Shown here piece by piece: positions 11,709-20,838 of a stretch of DNA of 64,000 nucleotides. The stretch covers positions 2,690 to 66,689 of the forward strand of contig JAEYSE010000022.1 of the NCBI GenBank assembly GCA_023435025.1, written 5' to 3'. Position numbers and translations under genes: made by a program. How positions within the stretch are numbered: the stretch's first letter is position 1; every line of letters starts with the position of its first letter. The stretch is from Bacillota bacterium (GTDB lineage Bacteria > Bacillota > Clostridia > Christensenellales > CAG-138). Under the pieces are notes generated by a model, which did no database searches, was not told where the DNA came from, and worked only from the letters and a program-made list of their open reading frames with translations.

Positions 11709-12176
11709 CTATTCGCCCATTACGGCCAGGAACGCATCTTCCTCCTTTCCGCTGGCGGCGACAAGCTCCGCAAGCAAGACCTGTTTTGCAGTTAAAAACA
11801 TTTTCCTCTCCCCTGCCGAAAGCCCGCGGTCCCTTTCGCGGCGAATGAGGCTTTTTACAACATCAGCCACGCCGTAAATTTCGCCCAGGCGTAGCTTCTC
11901 TAAATTTTCTCTGTATCGCTGGTTCCAGTTATCGCTTTCCGGCTGCACGTCCTGCATAAGATAGATGCGCACCCGTTCGCATTCTTCCGGATTAATGACC
12001 GGACGAAGCCCTACGCTTTTTGCGGAATGCACGGGTACCATGGCCGTCATTTTCCCAAGCACAAAGCGAAGCATGTAATATGCCTTGGTTTCGCCAAGCA
12101 CTTCCTGCTCCTGTATGGCTTCCACTATCCCTACTCCGTGCATCGGGTAACAAACCCGTTCGCCAACCCGGAACAT
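11709..12176 (-). CDS. carD: CarD/CdnL family RNA polymerase-binding transcription regulator
   Basis: 155 aa. MFRVGERVCYPMHGVGIVEAIQEQEVLGETKAYYMLRF is the CarD_CdnL_TRCF N-terminal domain signature. Confidence 0.88.
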   Translation of the reverse strand: MFRVGERVCYPMHGVGIVEAIQEQEVLGETKAYYMLRFVLGKMTAMVPVHSAKSVGLRPVINPEECERVRIYLMQDVQPESDNWNQRYRENLEKLRLGEIYGVADVVKSLIRRERDRGLSAGERKMFLTAKQVLLAELVAASGKEEDAFLAVMGE

Positions 12177-12337
12177 ACGCGCGCCTCCCTTCGCAAAAGC
12201 ATAAGTCCCTATCCTTATGATAGCGCAAGAGAGGCGGAAATGTCAATAAACGCGTATTTTATCACAGCAGTTTTCGGTTGTCAACGCAAAATTTTAATGC
12301 TCGCGGCTACCCTCACGCAGGAACGGCGGCGGAGATG

Positions 12338-14977
12338 TTACGGGACCAACCCGTTGACGGACACCAGGTTATCCTTGGCGGAGCCGGTCTTGCGGTCCAG
12401 ATAGAACCGGGTGATATCCTCAATCGCAGGTCCGCCAGCTCTTGAACCGGACTGACCGTAGGGCAGGCAGGTGACGATGACGATCTCCGGGTTATCACGC
12501 GGGAGCAGGGTGACAAACCACCCCGTATTTTCAATATCTACGTTGCCTGAGGCGGAAATCTGCGCCGTGCCAGATTTGCCGATAATCTGGTTCAGATACC
12601 CAGTTTCCTCGTTAACAAATTCCGGACTGAACGCTGACGCTGCGGTGCCGCGGTCCTCCGGGGACACCACGCCCTTTAATCCTTCGCGGATGGCCTGCCA
12701 GTATTCGTCCGGCGCCTCAATTTTATTGTATACGGTGGGCTCGTACTGCTTTACGACGGAGCCGCTTTCATCCAAGATACGGTCCACGATATGCACGTCG
12801 TATACTGTGCCGCCGTTACCGAATGTCGCGGCGTACCGCGCGATGGCAATGGGTGTGGTCAGCGTGGACGCTTGGCCGAAGCCTGCGCGGATTGTCATGG
12901 TGGGCTTCCATTGCAGCTCCGTGAGCATGGAACTGATCTCGTTCACCCAGTTCTGTTCCTGCGTGATACCGATGGGGATGCCCAGCTCCTCATTGAGTAT
13001 GCGGCGGATATCCGGGCCGAACTGGGTATTGGGTTCGCCCGTCTGGAGCGCGATCAGCTTCTGCGCACAGGCCTTTACCGCTTCATCGTCCACTTCCATC
13101 GTGCGCTTTTCCAATATAACTTTAAGGTGGCGCTGCAGAGCGATGTAAACGTAATTGGGCAGGCTGCTTTTCTGCTGACTGACAGGTAATTTGTTGTCAT
13201 ACAGCACGCTTTGCCCGCCGACATGGCTGGTTAGCTCCCCCGGCAGTTCAATGCCGGTGGACGTGCCCAGGCCAAGCTTGGTGGACCAATCGTTGAGCCG
13301 CTCAATACCCAGCATTTCCGCCACCGCACAGAAATAGTAGTTGCAGCTCTTGGTCAGCGCCCTGGAAAGATTCAAGTGCTGGTGGTCCGCAAGCATTCCC
13401 TGCTCTACCGCCCAGCACTGGGGCGCGTTCCGGGTAATTTCCACTTCGTTCCCATTCACGTCTGTCTCATAGAGGATATACGGACCTTTATCGTCGATCT
13501 CGGTGGAGGTGGTGATTTCCCCTTCCATCAATCCTGCAAAGCCGGTCGCCATTTTAAATATGGAGCCGGGTGCCAGACGGGAAGCGATGGCGCGGTTGAG
13601 TGTGGGCATACCGGAATTTTCCCCGAAGAGCGCATCAAACTCCTGCTCGGACAGCCCGGCCATAAACGTATTGGGGTCAAAGGACGGATAGGAGGCCATG
13701 GCGAGCACCTTGCCCGTATGGATGTCCAGCACCACAATGCTGCCGGTTTCCGCCATTTTAATGGTGGAAAGATCGGAACGTTTTTTCAGGTAATCGTCGC
13801 GGTGGTCGACGAGCAACTGCTCCTCATATATGCGGATCTTTTCTATTGCTTCCTTTAACGCGGCCTCCGTCACCGTCTGCAGTGGAAGGTCTATGGTGAG
13901 CATCACGTCGTCCCCGTTGGAGGCGGGGGTCTTTTCCAAAGACCGGGTAATTGTGCCGCTTTTGTTTTTTTCTATCGTCTGTGTGCCGCGCTGCTTGCTG
14001 GTATTGGCGGTGAGGTATTTTTCCATGGTCTTCTCCACACCCGCCACGCCGATATAGTCATTGTAGGAATAGCCCATTTTGGTCATATCCACTACGGTTT
14101 CGTTTTTTTCGTTTGTATCGAATATATCTTTGATGCCGTTGTAATCCTCCGAGGTATAGCCCATGCGCTGCATACCGTCCTCGGTCATTTCATTGGTCAC
14201 CTGCCGCCCGAGGTACCCCAAAATATGCGCCGCGGTTGTTCCCCATGGGTATACGCGCGAGGTACTCTGCACCGTCTGTATGCCCAAAAGCTCGCCTTTG
14301 CGCATATCCAGCTGCGCCACGACCTCCATGGGCACGTTAAACGCGATGGTCACGGGCTCATACGCCCGCCATTTGTTAAGGTTGACCTCCTGCCGGATGG
14401 ATATTATTTTTACAGCCTCGGAGAACGGAAGCTCCTCGGGGATTTTCCACGCTTTTCTGAGCTTGCGGTAAGCCTCTTCCGCGCTGATCCACTTGCTCAT
14501 GTCGTTTTCATATTCTTTTTTAATGGGAAACGCCATGACATTGCAGAAATTCTTGTAGCGGGCCTTGATTGCGTCCTCGCTCGTAACGCCCCAATTGTAT
14601 TCGAGCTCCCCATTATCGTTCATACGGATATAGGACGTATCAATAATTGTGCCGCCGCCTTCCTCGATTAGGCGTATCGCCTCAAGGAGCGATTCGGTGT
14701 AGAGCGCGCTGTCCGCTTCGGAAGTGCGTTCCGGATCGCGGTAGAACTGCACGTTGTAGCTGGTGGAGTCGTACGCGAGCGGGATGCCGTTCCTGTCAAG
14801 TATCCTTCCGCGCGCGCCCGTGGTGTACATGGTGCTGGTGCTTAGATTTGCTGCGGTTTTCGCGTATGTTTCGCCTTCCGCCAACGTCAGGCTGCCAAGC
14901 TGCATTAAAAGCGCCACCATCATCGCCGTAACGGCAAGCGCCAATATCGCAAATCTTCCTTTCGCCTTGTTCTTCAT
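12338..14977 (-). CDS. mrdA: Penicillin-binding protein 2 (elongasome transpeptidase)
   Basis: 879 aa with an N-terminal TM helix. Shows PBP dimerisation and transpeptidase motifs (SIFK = SxxK, the LTKSCN region, and KSGTAQ = KxG). Lies directly downstream of mreBCD. Confidence 0.88.
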   Translation of the reverse strand: MKNKAKGRFAILALAVTAMMVALLMQLGSLTLAEGETYAKTAANLSTSTMYTTGARGRILDRNGIPLAYDSTSYNVQFYRDPERTSEADSALYTESLLEAIRLIEEGGGTIIDTSYIRMNDNGELEYNWGVTSEDAIKARYKNFCNVMAFPIKKEYENDMSKWISAEEAYRKLRKAWKIPEELPFSEAVKIISIRQEVNLNKWRAYEPVTIAFNVPMEVVAQLDMRKGELLGIQTVQSTSRVYPWGTTAAHILGYLGRQVTNEMTEDGMQRMGYTSEDYNGIKDIFDTNEKNETVVDMTKMGYSYNDYIGVAGVEKTMEKYLTANTSKQRGTQTIEKNKSGTITRSLEKTPASNGDDVMLTIDLPLQTVTEAALKEAIEKIRIYEEQLLVDHRDDYLKKRSDLSTIKMAETGSIVVLDIHTGKVLAMASYPSFDPNTFMAGLSEQEFDALFGENSGMPTLNRAIASRLAPGSIFKMATGFAGLMEGEITTSTEIDDKGPYILYETDVNGNEVEITRNAPQCWAVEQGMLADHQHLNLSRALTKSCNYYFCAVAEMLGIERLNDWSTKLGLGTSTGIELPGELTSHVGGQSVLYDNKLPVSQQKSSLPNYVYIALQRHLKVILEKRTMEVDDEAVKACAQKLIALQTGEPNTQFGPDIRRILNEELGIPIGITQEQNWVNEISSMLTELQWKPTMTIRAGFGQASTLTTPIAIARYAATFGNGGTVYDVHIVDRILDESGSVVKQYEPTVYNKIEAPDEYWQAIREGLKGVVSPEDRGTAASAFSPEFVNEETGYLNQIIGKSGTAQISASGNVDIENTGWFVTLLPRDNPEIVIVTCLPYGQSGSRAGGPAIEDITRFYLDRKTGSAKDNLVSVNGLVP

Positions 14978-15011
14978 GGTAAATCCTTTCCTATCCCAGG
15001 GGGAGGCAACG

Positions 15012-15527
15012 TTAATGGCTCAGGCGGTCAAACTGCCTGCGCTTAACCTGGCGGGCAAGCTGTGGCTTAAATGCAATGTGCATCAGCGCGCACAAGACGC
15101 CCGTCAATATGGCGCAAGGCAGTATGTACCTTAGAAAAACGCCCGCAAACGGGAACTGGGCCCCGCTCGCCGCCTTGATAATAGCAAGTATGAGGTCTTT
15201 TGCAAAGCCCGCTGCTGCGGCCGCCGCCGCGGGCACAATCAGATTGTCCGCATAAAACTTCTTATAAAAGAATCCGGCGCATAAGCCCGCCACCAGGTAC
15301 AGTGCGCCGTAAAGCCCGAGGCTTGTTCCAAAAAAGAGATCCATAACGAGCCCGCCGACCGCCCCGTAGACCGCGCCGAACATCGGGCCCTGCAAAATCC
15401 CAAAGCTCACCGCCGCTGCAAGCATGGCATCCGGCCGTATATCGAATAAATTGAGCCGTGTAAACACGATCGAATCCAATTGCATGCAGACGATCATCGC
15501 CACGAGCGCGGTCAGCTTTTTGTTCAT
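15012..15527 (-). CDS. mreD: Rod shape-determining protein MreD
   Basis: 171 aa polytopic membrane protein. Its start overlaps the mreC stop by 4 nt. Position and hydrophobic profile are typical of MreD. Confidence 0.8.
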   Translation of the reverse strand: MNKKLTALVAMIVCMQLDSIVFTRLNLFDIRPDAMLAAAVSFGILQGPMFGAVYGAVGGLVMDLFFGTSLGLYGALYLVAGLCAGFFYKKFYADNLIVPAAAAAAAGFAKDLILAIIKAASGAQFPFAGVFLRYILPCAILTGVLCALMHIAFKPQLARQVKRRQFDRLSH

Positions 15528-16369
15528 GGCGTCTCCTCCGCCTCCGGCATGCCGATGACCACCATCAACTCTTCCAGATGGCGAAAGTCCACCGAGGGCT
15601 GGACAATGGCGTTGCTGCCACTGTCGCTCGCGCGGCTCACGGAAATCACTTCGCCAACCGGCAGGCCCTTGGGGTACAGGCCCCCTATGCCGCTCGTGAC
15701 AATTTTATCCCCCGGGATTAAATCGCTGTCCGAAGGGAGGTAGTAAAGCTCCAGCTTGTCCGCCGCGTTTCCCACCTCAAGCATACCGCGCACCATGCCG
15801 GAATCCCTGGTGCGCTCCACCATGACGCTCACGCTCATGCTTGAATCGATTACAGCAACCACCTTGCTCCAGGTGGCGCCCACATCCGTGACATGCCCCA
15901 CCAGTCCCTTGGCGTTGACGACGGGCATGTTCTTTTCTACGCCCTGGCTGCGGCCGACGTTGATGGTAAACGTATCAAACCAAATCCCCTGGCTGCGGCC
16001 GATGACAGTACCCGTTGCATAGGTGAGATCCGGTGTGCTGTTCACAAAAGCCAGCAACTGTTTTAACCGTTCGTTTTCGGCGCGCAGCGAATCCATTTCG
16101 CTCAACGATTGTTCCAATTGGGAAACATACACCTTGAGCTGCTGGCTTTCGATATCCGCGTCGGTGGTGTTGAGCAGATTTTCCATGAAAGAAATAATGG
16201 AGTCCGAAGCGCGCGAAGCAAACGACTGCACGGGCTGCAGTACCGTGCCCACCGTGCTTTCGACGAACGTGAGCGTGCGGCCTCCCGACGTAACGGCGGC
16301 AAGCAACAGCAGCAATATAACCGCGATCATCGCGATGAGCAACGGCTTGTTTTCGAGCAATCTGCGCAT
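15524..16369 (-). CDS. mreC: Rod shape-determining protein MreC
   Basis: 281 aa. N-terminal TM helix, then a coiled coil (LKVYVSQLEQSLSEMDSLRAENERLKQLL), then the beta-domain motifs VVNAKGLVGHV and GDKIVTSGIGGLYPKGLPVGEV. Confidence 0.9.
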   Translation of the reverse strand: MRRLLENKPLLIAMIAVILLLLLAAVTSGGRTLTFVESTVGTVLQPVQSFASRASDSIISFMENLLNTTDADIESQQLKVYVSQLEQSLSEMDSLRAENERLKQLLAFVNSTPDLTYATGTVIGRSQGIWFDTFTINVGRSQGVEKNMPVVNAKGLVGHVTDVGATWSKVVAVIDSSMSVSVMVERTRDSGMVRGMLEVGNAADKLELYYLPSDSDLIPGDKIVTSGIGGLYPKGLPVGEVISVSRASDSGSNAIVQPSVDFRHLEELMVVIGMPEAEETP

Positions 16370-16606
16370 GAGTGCCTCTTAACATATACGCTATGCAGCG
16401 CATTATCTTCCTCATTATAGCATATGGCAAGGCTCCCGCAAGCAAAGCGAAAAAAGGTTTACAGGAGGGTCATAATCGAAGCCTGTTAAAATCCCGCCCT
16501 TATCCCTGCAGGATGGCAATCAATCTGCTTAGGGTTTCAAGGTATTGGCGCTTCCAGCGCCGCGTCCTATATGGGAGATGCCTCGGACACTATGCCTGCG
16601 GGACAA

Positions 16607-16636
16607 AGAATGTGCAGCCGATAGACTGCACATTCT
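16607..16636 (-). terminator. Hairpin just downstream of mreB (possible partial terminator before mreC)
   Basis: An 11-bp inverted repeat AGAATGTGCAG/CTGCACATTCT with an 8-nt loop. The minus-strand T-tract (TTTGTCC) is weak, so function is uncertain. Confidence 0.3.
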
Positions 16637-16661
16637 GCTTTTCTATTTATATATGAAAGTA

Positions 16662-17678
16662 TTACACCGCGCGGCTCCGGTAATAGGAGATGTTTTCCAC
16701 CGCGATGCGGGCACCTTCTACCACGCAGTCCAGAGGGTCAGGCGCCACATACGCCATGATACCCATTTCGGAGGCAAACAGCTCGGGCAGCCCGTTTAGG
16801 AGCGCGCCGCCTCCGGTCAGACAGATGCCCCTGTCGAAAATATCCGCGGAAAGCTCGGGCGGCGTTACGGAAAGCACCTGACGCACGCAGGAAAGTATGG
16901 TAAGCACCTGCGGCAGTATCGCGCGGTAGATTTCCATGCCGCTGAGCGTAAGCGTGCGCGGCAGTCCGGAAGCAAGCTCCCGCCCGCGTACTTCCATCTT
17001 TTTTGTGGAACCCGGTAACGCCGAACCCAACGCCAGTTTGATTTCCTCCGCAGTGCGCAGGCCAATGGACAATCCGTATGTATGCCGCACATAATCCATA
17101 ATGCCCTGGTTGATATGCGTGCCGCCCGCCCGGACAGAGTGCTTTTCCACTACACCGCCCAAAGCCAGCACCGCGGCGTCCGTCGTGCCGCCGCCGATAT
17201 CCACCACCATAGACCCCGCCGCTTCCTCCACCGGAAGCCCTGCGCCAATGGCGGCCGCCACCGGCTCGTCCAGCAGGAATGCCGCGTGCGCGCCCGCGCT
17301 CCGGGCCGCGTCTTCCAAAGCGCGCTTTTCCACTTCCGTCACGCAGCCGGGCACGCACATCACCGCGCGCACGCCTGCACGCCGCGCAAAATTGCCTATT
17401 GATTTTTCAAGAAAATGCCGAAGCATGGCTTCACAAAGGCGAAAGTCCGCCACAACGCCGTCCTGTAGCGGCTGCACAATCTGCACCGCCCCGGGCGTCC
17501 TACCCAGCATATTGATCGCATCATTCCCTACGGCGATGACGCGTTTTTCTTTGTCGAGAGCTACCGCGCTCGGTTCCCGAAGCACAATACCATAGTCCCT
17601 TCGCGCAATCAGGGTGTTGACCGTCCCAAGATCAATACCGACGTCGCGGCTGAACAGCCCCGCAAGACCCAATCCCAT
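16662..17678 (-). CDS. mreB: Rod shape-determining actin homolog MreB
   Basis: 338 aa. DVGIDLGTVNTL, VVDIGGGTTD and ICLTGGGALLNGL are the actin/MreB phosphate and adenosine motifs. Heads the mreBCD-mrdA array. Confidence 0.95.
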   Translation of the reverse strand: MGLGLAGLFSRDVGIDLGTVNTLIARRDYGIVLREPSAVALDKEKRVIAVGNDAINMLGRTPGAVQIVQPLQDGVVADFRLCEAMLRHFLEKSIGNFARRAGVRAVMCVPGCVTEVEKRALEDAARSAGAHAAFLLDEPVAAAIGAGLPVEEAAGSMVVDIGGGTTDAAVLALGGVVEKHSVRAGGTHINQGIMDYVRHTYGLSIGLRTAEEIKLALGSALPGSTKKMEVRGRELASGLPRTLTLSGMEIYRAILPQVLTILSCVRQVLSVTPPELSADIFDRGICLTGGGALLNGLPELFASEMGIMAYVAPDPLDCVVEGARIAVENISYYRSRAV

Positions 17679-18060
17679 ACCTTATTCCTCGCTTTCACCG
17701 CCAGCATGAATAAAGATTCAAAACTTTTATGGCGGATGGTTTCTATGGAAGTATTGCCAAGAAATGTGCGGTTTCATACACTTGAGGAACAAATTGTTGA
17801 AAACACATTGTGTGCATATAGAGTCCGGCTGTTACATACATAGTTTTTGTTATTGATCGCAGCAACCCCCCAATACAATTTTCTAATATCCGGACAAATC
17901 CGCCTTCTTCTGTGCGCCTATTCTTCTTGAATTTATGGGGGGATGCGCACGCATAGGGGCTTAGCGCTCCAAAACGGCAACTTCCTTCCACCAAGGCATG
18001 GACACGACCCATATATATATGTTAAGGTGAAAAATGATAAATGTTTGACGACGAGGGATT

Positions 18061-19155
18061 ATGAATAAAACGCGCCTTCTGAACAGATTTTTACGGTACA
18101 TTGCCTGTGAAAGCGAGACGGGCAACGAAAAGGCTTTCTGCGACATGATGGAGCAGGAGCTTCTTGATGCGGGGCTTACCGTCATACGGGACGACGTTTC
18201 CGCAAAGTGCGGCTCAAACGGGTATAACATTTACGCAAGCTTACCCGGCATCGGCGAACCGCTGCTTTTAAGCGCGCACCTTGATACCGTATCCCCCGGG
18301 CGCAACATTGAGCCGATGATAGAAGACGGCGTCATCCGTTCCAAGGGCAATACCATTCTGGGTGCGGACGATAAATCCGGCGTTGCCGCGATATTGGAAG
18401 CGCTCGAAAGCGTAATTGAACAGAATCCCCCCCACCGGCCGGTGGAGGTTCTGCTATCCGTGTGTGAGGAAGCCGGTCTTCTGGGCGCAAAGTACGCGGA
18501 TTATTCTTTGATCCGAAGCCGACAGGCCATCGTGCTGGACAGCAGCAAGAAAGGCTGTATCATCAACCGCGCCCCGGCAAACGTCCATCTGCATGTGGAA
18601 ATCCGGGGCAAGGGCGCGCACGCGGGCATAGCGCCGGACCAGGGTGTCCACGCATTAAAAGCCGCCGCGCTTGCGGTATCCAAAATTCCCTGCGGATTTG
18701 TGGATGAAAACAGCGTGATGAACGTTTCCAACTTCCTTTCCCCCGGGCAGACAAACGTGGTGCCGGAGCATGCTTCCTTCGATATAGAGATCCGCTCCTT
18801 CGAAGAAGGCCTGCTGCAAACGCATATTCATAACATGGAGCATGAAGTAAAAGCCGCCTGCGATGCTTTCGGCGCGACGTTTAGCATCACACAGGCGCGG
18901 CATTCGGACGTATTGTATGTGCCCGAAACGAGTCCGCTGCTACAAGCCCTTGTCAGCGCCTATCAGGAACTTGGCGTATCCGTCAAAATTGATCGCACAT
19001 ACGGCGGTTCGGACGCCACATGGTTGTTTTACCATGGGATAGACGCGCTCAACGTAGGTACCGGCATGTGCAACGCGCATTCGCTCACCGAGCATATTGC
19101 AGTTGCGGATCTTGAGCTGACCGCCCGCATGGTGGAACAGATGATTACCCTCTAA
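18061..19155 (+). CDS. M20-family metallopeptidase (PepT-like tripeptidase)
   Basis: 364 aa. SAHLDTVSPG, GADDKSGVAAILEAL and SVCEEAGLLGA match the M20 metal-ligand blocks (H, D, EE). Confidence 0.85.
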   Translation: MNKTRLLNRFLRYIACESETGNEKAFCDMMEQELLDAGLTVIRDDVSAKCGSNGYNIYASLPGIGEPLLLSAHLDTVSPGRNIEPMIEDGVIRSKGNTILGADDKSGVAAILEALESVIEQNPPHRPVEVLLSVCEEAGLLGAKYADYSLIRSRQAIVLDSSKKGCIINRAPANVHLHVEIRGKGAHAGIAPDQGVHALKAAALAVSKIPCGFVDENSVMNVSNFLSPGQTNVVPEHASFDIEIRSFEEGLLQTHIHNMEHEVKAACDAFGATFSITQARHSDVLYVPETSPLLQALVSAYQELGVSVKIDRTYGGSDATWLFYHGIDALNVGTGMCNAHSLTEHIAVADLELTARMVEQMITL

Positions 19156-19177
19156 TTGGCAAGAGCCAACGATTATA

Positions 19178-19206
19178 AAGGGACCGGAATTTTCGGCCCT
19201 TTTATT
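19178..19206 (+). terminator. Rho-independent terminator candidate after the peptidase gene
   Basis: AAGGG(A)CCG-GAATTTT-CGGCCCTT followed by TTATT. The stem is 8 bp with one bulge. Confidence 0.4.
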
Positions 19207-19474
19207 CAAACACAGCGCCCGCCTTTTGTCCGTTCCCACTTCTTATTTATATTCTCAATCCTCATAGCCAAAGTAAATTACCGATGTGATAATTGCAAAT
19301 TGACAGTTCATCTGCGCAGAATGCCGCAATACAGGTATGATTTTTCCCGCGAATTTAGGGTCAAGCCGGGGTAAGAAACCGTAAGCTAACAATAAGATAT
19401 TTCCTCCAATCCAATGGGGGAAATTCCTGATATACAGCGAGAAAATATACTTAAAATTATTTTTAACAAATGCT

Positions 19475-19503
19475 TTGACAAACGTCAGAACATATGTTAT
19501 ATT
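19475..19503 (+). promoter_or_regulatory. Sigma-70-type promoter candidate for the sugar ABC operon
   Basis: TTGACA (19475-19480), a 17-nt spacer, then TATATT (19498-19503). It lies about 155 nt upstream of the 19659 start in an AT-rich non-coding stretch. It overlaps the TGACAAACGTCA and AGAACATATGTTAT inverted repeats described in the findings. Confidence 0.5.
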
Positions 19504-19658
19504 CAATTCGTACTCATTGACAAACGACAAATCAAATGTCAAAAATCCTTCCGCTTCGCTAAGAACTGCATCAAGGCACGCCCTCCCCTCTCATGAGACG
19601 AATTGAAACGGCTTACTTTTTCGCCGCACAAGCGGCAAATAAATAAGGAGGAGAGATC

Positions 19659-20762
19659 ATGAAAAAGGTACTTTCTTTTGTCGTTGCGTTGTTGATGATC
19701 GCCACGATCTTCACGGGATGTCAGACGACGACTCCGGCACAGCAAACCGCCACGGAAGCGCCCGCCGCTCCCGCGGAACCCGCGGCTCCCGCAGAACCCG
19801 CCGCCACCGAGGCACCCAAGCCGCTTAAAATCGCATTCTTCGTATCGGATCTGAGCAACGTGTTCCACCAGGGTCAGGTTGCCGAAGCGCAGAAGTATGC
19901 AAAGGAAAAATATGGCGCGGAAGTGTATGCGTTTGACGGCCAGTCGGACGGCACCGTCATGACCCAGAACATCGACCAGATACTGGCGCAGGGCATGGAC
20001 ATGGCTACCCTGCACGTCTGGGATGACGAGGCCGCCATCCCCGGCATCAAGGCCGCTCTGGAAGCTGGCGTAACAATGGCTTCCTTCTTCGGTCCCTTCC
20101 CCGGAACCGGCATGCCGGTTGTCCGCAGCGATGAAGCGGGCGTCTCTTTCCAAATGGGTGTCGAAATGGCAATGCAGTGGACAAAAGCTTACCCGGATAA
20201 GCCCATCGTCATGGTGCAGCTGGGCTGGCCCAACCACACCGAAGTAAAATCCGGTCGTACCGATCCGTTCGTAGAGGGCGTGCGTTCTGTAGCGCCCAGC
20301 GCAGTGGACCTTGGCTGCCGTGATGCCTCCGCCGGCCCCGACGCTGCCAAGCAGATCATTGCCGACCTTTGCGTCACCCACCCCGAAGTGAACCTGATCT
20401 ATTCCGAAGCATCCAACCTGACCGTAGGCACCATGGCGGCTCTGCGCGAAGCCGGGCGCGGCAAGTTCCAGGATGGCAAGCCGCTGACCGAAATCGTCTG
20501 CAGCGTGGACTTTGACGCCGTGGAAATGAAGGACGTATACGATCCCAACAGTTCCCTGAAGCTCTCCATGGGCCTGCCGCCGGTGGAAACCGCCCGCGCG
20601 AGAATTGACAACCTCTTTGCTATCCGCAACGGTGAACTCGCCCAGATCGGCGAAACCGAAGTGGAGACCTTCGCAAAGGCGTACAATGTGTCCTACTGGA
20701 CCATGCCGCGCGAGGAAGCCTCAAGGTGGCTCAAAGAACAGTTCGGCGTTGACGTGCAATAA
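19659..20762 (+). CDS. Sugar ABC transporter substrate-binding lipoprotein
   Basis: 367 aa. Signal peptide with lipobox (IFTGC), an Ala/Pro-rich linker, then a periplasmic-binding-protein type I fold pattern (KIAFFVSDLSNVFH...). A strong RBS (AAGGAGGAG) lies upstream. Confidence 0.9.
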   Translation: MKKVLSFVVALLMIATIFTGCQTTTPAQQTATEAPAAPAEPAAPAEPAATEAPKPLKIAFFVSDLSNVFHQGQVAEAQKYAKEKYGAEVYAFDGQSDGTVMTQNIDQILAQGMDMATLHVWDDEAAIPGIKAALEAGVTMASFFGPFPGTGMPVVRSDEAGVSFQMGVEMAMQWTKAYPDKPIVMVQLGWPNHTEVKSGRTDPFVEGVRSVAPSAVDLGCRDASAGPDAAKQIIADLCVTHPEVNLIYSEASNLTVGTMAALREAGRGKFQDGKPLTEIVCSVDFDAVEMKDVYDPNSSLKLSMGLPPVETARARIDNLFAIRNGELAQIGETEVETFAKAYNVSYWTMPREEASRWLKEQFGVDVQ

Positions 20763-20838
20763 CGAAACTACAAGGCACCTAGTAGCGGGGAGGGAGCCTC
20801 TTCCCTTCCCGCTTAAACTTTACTTCGGGGTGAGAACT

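Noticed and set aside
19255-19542. A 95-aa minus-strand ORF in the AT-rich region upstream of the ABC operon, and the similar 67-aa ORF at 63525-63728.
   Set aside because: Both lie in AT-rich promoter/operator-like intergenic DNA. Their composition is rich in Phe, Ile, Asn and Lys as expected from AT bias, and neither has an RBS. Regulatory DNA is the better explanation.
19560-19658. A possible riboswitch, attenuator or cre site in the roughly 150-nt leader of the ABC operon (hairpin GCCGC-ACAA-GCGGC; TGAAACGGCTTAC).
   Set aside because: The hairpin is short and lacks a T-tract. The cre-like string fails the central CG spacing of the consensus when aligned by hand. I recognise no known riboswitch core.
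19539-20381. A 280-aa minus-strand ORF overlapping the ABC substrate-binding protein gene.
   Set aside because: It is antisense to a gene with a clear lipoprotein signal and SBP pattern. The product is Gly/Arg-rich and of low complexity.
20605-20838. The upstream extension of the ABC ATPase ORF in the track (start at 20605).
   Set aside because: It overlaps the end of the SBP gene by about 160 nt and encodes non-homologous sequence. The canonical ABC N-terminus (MKSDTVLEIQNLVKDY) begins at 20839.
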